Shown: one piece after another, positions 19,621 to 28,368 of the stretch
Layout: each line of letters starts with the position of its first letter
Numbering within the stretch: the first letter of the stretch is position 1
From: Candidatus Poribacteria bacterium
GTDB taxonomy: Bacteria > Poribacteria > WGA-4E > PCPOR2b
Assembly (NCBI GenBank): GCA_965208325.1
Contig: OZ242326.1
Location: 1,760,001-1,824,000, forward strand
Length of the DNA: 64,000 bases
Reading direction: 5' to 3'
The notes under the pieces: model-generated
Database searches by the model: none
Told to the model about the DNA's origin: nothing
Seen by the model: the letters and a program-made list of their open reading frames with translations, nothing else
Position numbers and translations under genes: made by a program

Positions 19621-22080
19621 TTAGCTTGTGTCTGTAATGATTAACGGCTCAAGCTCATGCGATGCTTTGATTTGGTCAATCAATTCCGCGGCTTCTTCCT
19701 TATCGCTAAACTGGCCGACAGTCACACGATACCATTGCTCAGAATCAATCATCACTGGAGCAAGATGAACTGCTTCCTCCAAGCCTAACGATTCCAATAA
19801 CTCAACGAGCACTTCGGCGTTTTCTCGGCTTTTGAATGAACTCACTAGGAGAGTGAACTTTTGCGCGTACATGGATTCAGCTTCAATCGCATCTTTTTCG
19901 GTGTATTGCGATGCCGAAACCGCCGCGTTTTCCTGCACTTGTAAATCCGCCTCATCTTTGATTACTACAACTTCAACACGCCGATTTTTTTGTCGATTTG
20001 CCTCTGTTTCATTGTCGGTGACGGGCCGTTCTTCACCATAGCCGACAGCCGACAACTGCGATGGGTCAATATCAAATTCATCTACCAGATACGCCATGAC
20101 TGCATTCGCACGTTTTCGAGACAACTCGAGATTGAATGCGGCATCGCCGCGGTCATCGGTGTGCCCTTCGATAACGGCTCGAGCGTACGGGTCAGTGTTG
20201 AGTGCTTCTGCTACCTTCTCAAGTGATGGCCGTGACGCATCATTGATTTCGAACGAGTTTGAGTCGAATGCCAATCCCGGCAACGACAGAATCCGTTCAC
20301 GCGCTTCAACTTGTTCAGTCACCACAGGTTCTTCGTCAAGCCCTCTATTCAAATCAATGAACGCGAAGGTCGTTTCGTTAGTTGAACGATTCCCCGCAAG
20401 GTCGTGGACCGTGAGTCCGCATCTGTATCGGGGATCCGTGCCCGCGGGAAGGTCGTGTCTGCGCCAGTTGTTCCAAACCATCGTATTCGGCGGAGTGCCC
20501 TCTCCCTTTATCTGGTCGATAGCGCGGCCGGCATCGTTGAAGAACTCAAATTCCCAATGCGTAATCGGATTCTGGTCTGAAGCCTGCACATGAACGGTCG
20601 GCAGGTTGACAACTAAGTCGTTGCTCGCAAATTCATCGTGAGGTTGAACCCCCGCCTGCGTCGACAGAATCAGCGGTTCAGCGGATACTTTCAGCACAGC
20701 AGGGGTCGTATCAACAATAAATGCCATTTTGCGCTGTGGAAGCCGCTTGCCTGCCTCATCCGAATAGATGAGTTGCGCGGTGTACCGCCCATCACCCACT
20801 GGATTCCCTACCACATCCTTTCCATTCCACTCAACGGCGTTCATCGGTTTTCCTGTGCCAGAAAACGTCTGTACCATTTCGCGAAATTCGTTCCGAATTT
20901 CCAATTGCCAAGCGGCATCTTCAGCCACGTCAATTTCAAAGGTCACCACGTCCTTGACCCCATCGCCGTTTGGCGAGATGGCTTCTTCAGAAATCCGCAA
21001 ACCTGTTTGGACCTGCTGCGGCATCAATATCTGCGTCGGTTCCGGCGGTTCCGCGGGTTTCATCGGCTGCACTTCAGCCGCGGTTACGATTGGCGGTTGA
21101 TGCGCAGGCGTGCTTTCGGATCCCCCCCAACGTATCGTCGCCGAAATCCAATGGATTCCCTGATCCAATTCATTTCCACTAACATAAGCATAGTCAAGCT
21201 GCCCGGAATCACTGCGAACCCCAAATCCCCTCGACCATTCACCTTCAGTGAATCGGTCGTAGTTGGCGATTCCCGTATAGCCGATTCGGAGGCCAAATCG
21301 ATTATTGAATAACCATCTCTCTGCGCCTAAATGCGTCCGAAAGCGATTCTGCCAATGGTCTTGCTTATCGTTGTGAAGGACGATATCGCCGGAAAAGATG
21401 GTGTTGCCGTCGAGGCGGTAGGTCGTTCCGAGCCGCGTTATAGGCGCAATCTTTTTGACAAGCTGACCGTTTTCAAAGAAATGCCCCCCCAACTCTTCGA
21501 AAGCTAAACCGAAGGCGATACGACGGCCTTCACGATGCAAATTCCGTGAAAACGAAAATCCCAAATCGAAACTCCATCCGAGCTGCGTTCGTAATGCAAA
21601 GTTTCGGCGATGATGGCGAATCGCCGCGCCGGCCGCAACATCCCGCCCTAACGAAAGGCCGTATCCGACCATCATGAGCCGGTTCACTTCAACATCGCTT
21701 CCCCATCCATCAAACCACGAGGATACAGACACATTCCCGATATTTTGCTTTGCAATTCCTAATTCCTGCGGATTAAGTGCAAATGAAAAGGCGGCTTCTC
21801 GCTTTCCAGCCGATTCCGAGAACGGTAACCCGACCAGCGTTGTCTCTGAACCGTTCAAATAGCCCAACGCTGAAGCATTCCAAAATTGGCTGTCACTTGA
21901 CGATTCTCCAGCGGTGAATGCGCTTCCCATTCCGAGCGCCCTGACATTAGTTCCAACGAATATCCGGCGGCGATGCTCGAAATCTGAATTTGTCAACCCA
22001 ATTGATGTGAGCCCAAAAGAGAAGATGAATATTGCCAATGCCAACTGTGCGTAAACTGTAAGATTGTTGTGAGTTTTCAT
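19621..22080 (-). CDS. Multidomain outer-membrane protein: PorV/PorQ-like barrel + FlgD-Ig domains + OmpA + SPOR
   Basis: RALGMGSAFTA...FWNASAL N-terminus and LDYAY...HWIS barrel end; ISPNGDGVKD...WNGKDVVG...DGRY; IEGHTDDRG...NLELSRKRA...GYGEERP...NRRVEV; terminal LLVSSFKSRENA...WYRVTVGQF. Confidence 0.8.
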   Translation of the reverse strand: MKTHNNLTVYAQLALAIFIFSFGLTSIGLTNSDFEHRRRIFVGTNVRALGMGSAFTAGESSSDSQFWNASALGYLNGSETTLVGLPFSESAGKREAAFSFALNPQELGIAKQNIGNVSVSSWFDGWGSDVEVNRLMMVGYGLSLGRDVAAGAAIRHHRRNFALRTQLGWSFDLGFSFSRNLHREGRRIAFGLAFEELGGHFFENGQLVKKIAPITRLGTTYRLDGNTIFSGDIVLHNDKQDHWQNRFRTHLGAERWLFNNRFGLRIGYTGIANYDRFTEGEWSRGFGVRSDSGQLDYAYVSGNELDQGIHWISATIRWGGSESTPAHQPPIVTAAEVQPMKPAEPPEPTQILMPQQVQTGLRISEEAISPNGDGVKDVVTFEIDVAEDAAWQLEIRNEFREMVQTFSGTGKPMNAVEWNGKDVVGNPVGDGRYTAQLIYSDEAGKRLPQRKMAFIVDTTPAVLKVSAEPLILSTQAGVQPHDEFASNDLVVNLPTVHVQASDQNPITHWEFEFFNDAGRAIDQIKGEGTPPNTMVWNNWRRHDLPAGTDPRYRCGLTVHDLAGNRSTNETTFAFIDLNRGLDEEPVVTEQVEARERILSLPGLAFDSNSFEINDASRPSLEKVAEALNTDPYARAVIEGHTDDRGDAAFNLELSRKRANAVMAYLVDEFDIDPSQLSAVGYGEERPVTDNETEANRQKNRRVEVVVIKDEADLQVQENAAVSASQYTEKDAIEAESMYAQKFTLLVSSFKSRENAEVLVELLESLGLEEAVHLAPVMIDSEQWYRVTVGQFSDKEEAAELIDQIKASHELEPLIITDTS

Positions 22081-22349
22081 GGTACAAGCTCCACTTCCGA
22101 GTTGTGTGTTGTATTGCGCTGCCGCGCCATACAGTATCCTCTATTATATGAACATTAACATCGCAGAACAATTTTGTCATACAAACGACTTTAATAGACT
22201 GATGGATACAAAAAAGGGGAAGAATCAATGTCACGCATGAGGTGGGGAGCTTGAATCGTTTCGAAGTGGCCGGTACTGCCGTGAAACGTCTAATGCAACA
22301 ACTCGATGCCGCAAACGCAGTCAGGTTAGGCTATTGTGGTGGGAACGGC

Positions 22350-23243
22350 TTAATTTGCGCTGCTAGATTTTGCAAGAAACTCCTCAGCGAACGCAATAAT
22401 CGCTTCCGCGACCTTGATGCCGGTCGACGCTTCGACCTCCTCAAAGCCGGGCGATGGATTGACCTCTAATATCAGCGGGCCCGCGGATGTTTGCAACAAA
22501 TCAACGCCAGCCACTTCTAATCCCATCGCAGCCGTGGCGCGCAGCGCTGTGTCAATGTATTCGTCTCGGAGATGAATCGGATGTCCTTCTCCGCCGCGAT
22601 GAATATTTGTCCTGAACTCTCCGGCGGGCGCCGTACGCCGCATCGCAGCGACTACCTTTCCGCCGACGACAATTGCGCGCGCATCATGTCCTGAAGATTC
22701 CTGGATAAACGGCTGTATAACGTAATCTTGATGCAGGTCGCACATTGCATCGACCGCAGAGGCGAGGGAGGTCTGCGTATCCAGAAGTAGAAACGCCTTC
22801 CCGTGCGTTCCTTCGAACGGTTTCATGATGAACGGGAATTCGCCCGTCTCCCGGACGCATCGATCCAAAAATTGAGCTGAACCGGCGGTGAAACTCGGCG
22901 GTACCGGCAAACCGTGTTGAGCGAGGATGCGGAGGGATCGGAATTTGTTCCGGGCATTGGCAATCGATTGCGCCCGGTTGATTGCGGGGACGCCGGCCCA
23001 TTCAAAGTGCGCAATGACCTCCTCGCCGTATTTCGCTGTGGAAGAACTCAGGCGAGGCAGGACGACATCGAAGTCGTTGACCGGGGAATCTTCGTAGTAA
23101 ATCTGCCTCCCTTCGCCGCCAACGTGCAGGTAAAACCCGAACGGGTTGAGGACAAATGGAGTATGCCCCATCGCACGGGAAGAATCAACCAATCGGCGGG
23201 TCGCATAATTCTGGCTGGCGAGGGAGAGGATGGCAATCTTCAT
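22350..23243 (-). CDS. rimK: RimK family alpha-L-glutamate ligase (ATP-grasp)
   Basis: YATRRL, EFRTNIHRGGEG, AGVDLL, EVNPSPG. Confidence 0.9.
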   Translation of the reverse strand: MKIAILSLASQNYATRRLVDSSRAMGHTPFVLNPFGFYLHVGGEGRQIYYEDSPVNDFDVVLPRLSSSTAKYGEEVIAHFEWAGVPAINRAQSIANARNKFRSLRILAQHGLPVPPSFTAGSAQFLDRCVRETGEFPFIMKPFEGTHGKAFLLLDTQTSLASAVDAMCDLHQDYVIQPFIQESSGHDARAIVVGGKVVAAMRRTAPAGEFRTNIHRGGEGHPIHLRDEYIDTALRATAAMGLEVAGVDLLQTSAGPLILEVNPSPGFEEVEASTGIKVAEAIIAFAEEFLAKSSSAN

Positions 23244-23562
23244 GTTTTCTTAATACGTAAGATGAAGGGACTGTGTCCGTTACGAAACACGGAAATAATA
23301 ACACAGATTGACCCGAATATCAAAACCAAGTGTTCCGAGCGTTGTTGCCCGCCGCACCAGAGACTTGTCCATGCGATGAGAATCAGCTTTTCCGCTTGAC
23401 AACCTCATCGGAATTGGGTCAAAATACGGCGAGTGACTACGGTTTTATTCGGGGCGCGACGGCATTTATGTGAAGCTGAGCGTAATAGTAATGACGGGGT
23501 CATTTCGCCCTTTGACCAACGCCGGTATCGGTCCGCCGCCCATACAGATTTGATGTGTGAAT

Positions 23563-23588
23563 AGCGGGTTAGGCGCCCCAACCCCTAC
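23563..23588 (-). repeat. Solo GTAG-type REP-like palindrome
   Basis: Minus strand GTAGGGGTTGGGGCGCCTAACCCGC: GTAG followed by a hairpin, intergenic. Confidence 0.5.
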
Positions 23589-23701
23589 GGTGGATTGTGT
23601 GTCTTTGCGGTTGTGATTTAACGCCAACAGAGCCTAATGTCTGCCAATACCTTAGTTCCAGATGCACCATTTCCTAGCATCAGCCAATCTTTGAGCTGAA
23701 G

Positions 23702-24568
23702 ATGACCTACTATCAACTGGTGCGTGAGTTTCTGAACCGCACCGGAACCCGCCCTAGAAAAAGACTGGGCCAGAATTTTTTAATTGACCCAAACGTTCTA
23801 GAAAAGATTGTCGCCGCATCGGAAATCACAGACGCAGATTCTGCGTTGGAAATCGGCGCCGGCTTGGGCTTTCTGACGTCGGCACTGGCACTTAACGCCA
23901 AACGCGTCATTGCTATAGAGGTAGACAACGTATTATTTCGAGAATTACAGTGTAGGTTTACGGATTTTCCGCAGGTTAGGTTGATTCACGGCGATGTTCT
24001 CAAAGTAACCCTCTCCCCTTTGCTCGACCAATTCTCTCGCTCCAATACAAAAGTCATCGCAAATTTGCCTTATTCCATTACGACCCCAATCATCTGGAAG
24101 TTATTGAGTCACCACAGACACATTGGAATTTGTGTCCTGATGATGCAAAGGGAGGTCGCTGACCGAATTGCGGCGCTGCCCGGCCGCAAAACTTACGGGG
24201 CACTCACAGTTGGAATTTCTTACTACGCCGAAACTGAGATTGTCGATGTTATTCCACCGGATTGTTTCTATCCGGCGCCTCAGGTCGAATCTGCAATTGT
24301 CAAGCTCAAGATACGAGATGCACCGAAGGTTCGCGTCGCTGATGAAGCCTTATTCTTTCGGATTGTTCGCGCTTCGTTCCAAGCGCGCCGCAAAATGTTG
24401 CGAAACGCGCTGCTAAAAAATAACGTTCCTATCACCGCCGAAGCACTGGATTCCGTCTTTGACAAACTTGAAATTGATTCACGCCGGCGGGGCGAAACAT
24501 TGGAGATTTCAGAGTTTGCCGCTCTTGCAAACGGCATTGCGGAATTAAACAATGGCACAGGACGTTAG
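23702..24568 (+). CDS. rsmA: 16S rRNA adenine dimethyltransferase KsgA
   Basis: KRLGQNFL, EIGAGLG, ANLPYSI, MMQREVADR, RRKMLRN, RGETL. Confidence 0.96.
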   Translation: MTYYQLVREFLNRTGTRPRKRLGQNFLIDPNVLEKIVAASEITDADSALEIGAGLGFLTSALALNAKRVIAIEVDNVLFRELQCRFTDFPQVRLIHGDVLKVTLSPLLDQFSRSNTKVIANLPYSITTPIIWKLLSHHRHIGICVLMMQREVADRIAALPGRKTYGALTVGISYYAETEIVDVIPPDCFYPAPQVESAIVKLKIRDAPKVRVADEALFFRIVRASFQARRKMLRNALLKNNVPITAEALDSVFDKLEIDSRRRGETLEISEFAALANGIAELNNGTGR

Positions 24569-24676
24569 CTTCGTTCGATTGAGCGCGCAGCGATTCTACT
24601 GCAACCAGTATTCTACGACAAATGCGAACCCGCAAGCCAAAGCAAAAACGTCCGAACCGAACTAAAACTGTACATT

Positions 24677-26206
24677 ATGCAGAAAATTTACATTTACGTT
24701 CTCATATTAACCGCGCCGCTGGTGTTTTCTTGCGCTCGCTCGAACCCTCCTCCCGATATTCAGCCTCTAGCGGTACATGCCCCGGCGATTGACACAACAT
24801 CCGCGGCGTACTCCGACACTTCAAATAAACACCTGCAAATGGCTCACGGCCGAGTCCCGGCGTCTAATCAGGCATGGGTGTCCCTCATAGAGGAATTTCA
24901 GCGTATCATTGACGCAGATGCAAAAGGTGAATGGGCGGACGATGCTCAATACGCGATAGGTTCATGCTGGATGTGGTTGAGGCAGGACGCGGAGTTGCCG
25001 CCGATCCAGCGGGCGATTGGCGCGTTTCAAAAGTTGATTCAAGATTATCCCAATTCGCCGCATGTCCCTGAAGCGCACTACTGGCTTGGGCATTGCCACG
25101 CAGTTCTCGGCGACCATAATCGGGCTGCGGCGTACTACCAGAAGGTGATTAGCCGATACCTCGATCATCCGATTGCTGATGAAGCACTGTTACAGCTTAG
25201 CCAGTCGTATGAACACCAACGCCACTTTACCTTGGCAAAGACCACATACCAAGCCCTTTCTGAGCGAAGTAATAACCCTGAGATAATCGCCCAAGCAAAG
25301 GAACGCATTGCTAATCTCAAGTCTAAAGAGATTGAACCTACCGCCGCTAATAAGAGCAGTTTGCCGCCCAAACCAATCGTACGGGTGCCGGTACTCCCTA
25401 AGCCGCAACCGCCAAAAAGGGCGCCAATGTTACGAAAGACAGCACCTACGCCTGTAAAAAAGGAGGCTGCGCCCGTCAAACCAATCGCCAATCCGTCGTT
25501 GATTCAACAACTTGGACTTGATGTTAAAACCATCATCATAGATCCCGGGCACGGCGGAAAAGATCCCGGCGCGGTTAATCGGGCGAGGCAGGAAAAAAGT
25601 ATTGTGCTAGGCATCTCAAAAATGCTCCGCGATCTCTTGGTGGAAAAGGGGTATAAAGTTCGTATGACCCGTGAGACCGATGTCTATATCCCGCTCGAAA
25701 ATCGAGCAAAATTTGCAAAGAAGGGGCAAGGCGATCTTTTTATCAGCATTCATGCCAATGCCAGCCACAGCGCCAGCGCATCAGGAATCGAGACGTACTA
25801 TCTCGCGCTCGCGTCCGATGCATCCGCGCGAATAACCGCCGCACGAGAAAACGCAGGTACGAATTATAGCATTCAAGCACTCGATAAGTTGGTGGGAGAT
25901 ATCCTCAAGGAGAGCAAGAGTTCAGAAAGCCGCAGCCTCGCACAGTTTATTCAAGAACAACTGGTTGCCGCAACGGGCGCAAGGAATCGCGGTGTAAAGC
26001 ACGCCCCCTTTGTTGTACTGATTGGCACCAAAGTGCCGTCGGTGCTCGTCGAAATTGGGTTTCTATCGAATTCAACGGAATCGAGAAAGCTCGTTGCCAA
26101 GACGTACCAGCGTAAAATAGTCCGGGCGATTGCCGAGGGGATTGAGCGCTACGTCAGAAATTTTCCGCTCGCGGCGGCACATCTGAATCCAATAGCAAGC
26201 AACTAA
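24677..26206 (+). CDS. Lipoprotein N-acetylmuramoyl-L-alanine amidase with N-terminal TPR repeats
   Basis: Lipobox LVFSC, TPR helices (YPNSPHVPEAHYWLG), Pro-rich linker, Amidase_3 motifs IDPGHGGKDPGA, ISIHANA, VLVEIGFLSN. Confidence 0.9.
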   Translation: MQKIYIYVLILTAPLVFSCARSNPPPDIQPLAVHAPAIDTTSAAYSDTSNKHLQMAHGRVPASNQAWVSLIEEFQRIIDADAKGEWADDAQYAIGSCWMWLRQDAELPPIQRAIGAFQKLIQDYPNSPHVPEAHYWLGHCHAVLGDHNRAAAYYQKVISRYLDHPIADEALLQLSQSYEHQRHFTLAKTTYQALSERSNNPEIIAQAKERIANLKSKEIEPTAANKSSLPPKPIVRVPVLPKPQPPKRAPMLRKTAPTPVKKEAAPVKPIANPSLIQQLGLDVKTIIIDPGHGGKDPGAVNRARQEKSIVLGISKMLRDLLVEKGYKVRMTRETDVYIPLENRAKFAKKGQGDLFISIHANASHSASASGIETYYLALASDASARITAARENAGTNYSIQALDKLVGDILKESKSSESRSLAQFIQEQLVAATGARNRGVKHAPFVVLIGTKVPSVLVEIGFLSNSTESRKLVAKTYQRKIVRAIAEGIERYVRNFPLAAAHLNPIASN

Positions 26207-26221
26207 ATTACGAGGAACGCA

Positions 26222-27574
26222 ATGAAGCAAGTTACCGCACTGAAAATCCTAATCATCGACGACGAACCCAGCATCTGCGAATCGTTGCAAGGCGCCTTGC
26301 ACGACGAAGGATATTCTGCAGAGACCGCGCTTAGCGGCGAGGAAGGGCTTCGCCGCGTGGCGACGAAACAAATTGACCTGGTGTTTTTGGATATTCTGAT
26401 GCCGGGTGGAATTGACGGCATCGAGACGCTGCGGCGGATAAAACAACTTTCCCCTGACACTGAAGTCATCATGATTACCGGGCACGGCTCATTCGATCTT
26501 GCATTGGAAGCCGGGAAGCTGGGCGGGTTGGATTTTCTCGGAAAACCCCTCTCGTTGGACACGGTTCTGCAGAAGGTTGAACGGGAGATTCAGAAGTTCG
26601 AGATTAGGCGGTCGCACGCTAGCGAAGGCGCCAATCTTCAAATGATTGGGGACAGCCGCGCCATGCAGGGGATTATGGCGAAGATTCGACAGATTGCCCC
26701 AACTAGCGGAAGGGTGCTTATCACGGGAGAGAGCGGTACCGGCAAGGAACTCATTGCGGATTCCATCCACGAACTCAGCGCCCGAAATCAAGCCCCTTTG
26801 GTTAAGGTGAACTGCGCCGCGCTGCCCGATGAACTGATAGAGTCCGAACTTTTTGGGCATGAGCGCGGGGCGTTTACGGGCGCCGCAAATCAACGCGTTG
26901 GCAAATTTGAACAAGCCGACGGAGGTACTATCTTCCTCGACGAGATTGGAGATACAAGTGCATCAACTCAGGCAAAAGTGCTCCGAGTGATTGAGTATCA
27001 AGAATTCGAGCGAGTCGGCGGCGAAAAGACAATTCACGTTGACGTCCGCATCATCTCAGCCACCAACCAAGACCTAAAAGCCTCAATCGGTGAGCACACC
27101 TTTCGAGAAGACCTGTATTACCGATTGAATGTTGTGCCCATCCATGTCCCGCCGTTACGGGAACGAAGAGACGATGTCCCCTTGCTAGTCAATTTCTTCT
27201 TAAACCGGTTTTGCCAGGAAAACCGTAAACCTGAGATGGCATGCACAGAACCCGCCCTGACCATTCTCCGCGGCTATGATTGGCCCGGCAATGTGCGGCA
27301 ACTCCGCAACCTCATTGAACGACTCGTCATCTTATGTCCGCAACAACACATTGACGTTGAAGATATCCCCGAGGATTTATTTTACACGGATGCTGACGGT
27401 ATCAATACCCAATCCCCGCTAAGAGACGCCCGGCATGAATTTGAAGGGCGCTTTATCCTCAATTGCCTGCAGGCAAACGACTGGAACATCACCGAGACAT
27501 CGAAACAACTCGGTATCGAACGTACCAATCTGCATCGCAAAATGCGCCATTTCAAACTTAAACGCGATGCGTGA
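26222..27574 (+). CDS. Sigma54-dependent response regulator (NtrC/NtrX family)
   Basis: Receiver IIDDE...LDILMP, GESGTGKE, ESELFGHERGAFTGA, FLDEIG, C-terminal Fis HTH. Confidence 0.95.
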   Translation: MKQVTALKILIIDDEPSICESLQGALHDEGYSAETALSGEEGLRRVATKQIDLVFLDILMPGGIDGIETLRRIKQLSPDTEVIMITGHGSFDLALEAGKLGGLDFLGKPLSLDTVLQKVEREIQKFEIRRSHASEGANLQMIGDSRAMQGIMAKIRQIAPTSGRVLITGESGTGKELIADSIHELSARNQAPLVKVNCAALPDELIESELFGHERGAFTGAANQRVGKFEQADGGTIFLDEIGDTSASTQAKVLRVIEYQEFERVGGEKTIHVDVRIISATNQDLKASIGEHTFREDLYYRLNVVPIHVPPLRERRDDVPLLVNFFLNRFCQENRKPEMACTEPALTILRGYDWPGNVRQLRNLIERLVILCPQQHIDVEDIPEDLFYTDADGINTQSPLRDARHEFEGRFILNCLQANDWNITETSKQLGIERTNLHRKMRHFKLKRDA

Positions 27575-27664
27575 ATCTGACGTCCCCCACCCTCTCAGCT
27601 TCAACCTCCGTCAACACACCCAGTGGGCGCGACCACCGAATCGCGACGCTTAATCGCAAGTTCC

Positions 27665-28267
27665 TGTAGGTTGGGTTAAGCGGGTAACTGCTAATGCGTG
27701 CCATGCGAAAATCACGTTCCAGATTTGCGGCAACGTGCATCGCGGGGCATCCGCAGCGAACCCAACGCTTTTCATAAGTCCGAACCGGTTCCGATAAATC
27801 AAATACTTTCCGACTAACCAAAAACATTGGGGGTACGTAAAGGAAAAGCGATGGAAAATGGCCGTTTTCCGGGTGAGCCGATGTTGGTGGTTACCTTTTT
27901 AAAATTGCGCCGAACACGCTTGTGGCGCGGGTTCATTGGAATCGTGGGGTAACCAAAAGGTAACCAAGAAAAAAAGATCTATAAGTCTTTTGAGCGGATT
28001 AATATGCTAATATATTAGCATTAACAATGAGAGAGATTGTAGATTTTCACAGCATTTGCCGTTGAATCGGACAGAATATCAACGCCATCGCGACGCGAAC
28101 CCAACGCTTTTCATATTTCCGAACCGGGTCCGATAACCCAAATACTTTCCGATTAACCAAAAACGTTGGGTTACGCTACACCAACCATAAATCCTAACCC
28201 GTTCAAAACATCTAACGCACCCAGCGTGCCCACCTCTGTTCACCACAACCGCTTAACCCAACCTACA
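27665..28267. repeat. REPIN/MITE-like element
   Basis: Perfect 19-bp terminal inverted repeat TGTAGGTTGGGTTAAGCGG (27665-27683 and 28249-28267); internal ~82-bp imperfect direct repeat (27756-27837, 28095-28175). Confidence 0.8.
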
Positions 28268-28368
28268 AAGGCTTCAACATCGAATAATGATGCCTACCCC
28301 TTCATCTTAGCCCATCATTTAATCACACGAATCACAGTTCAGACAACACGAACAATTTCTATCGAACC

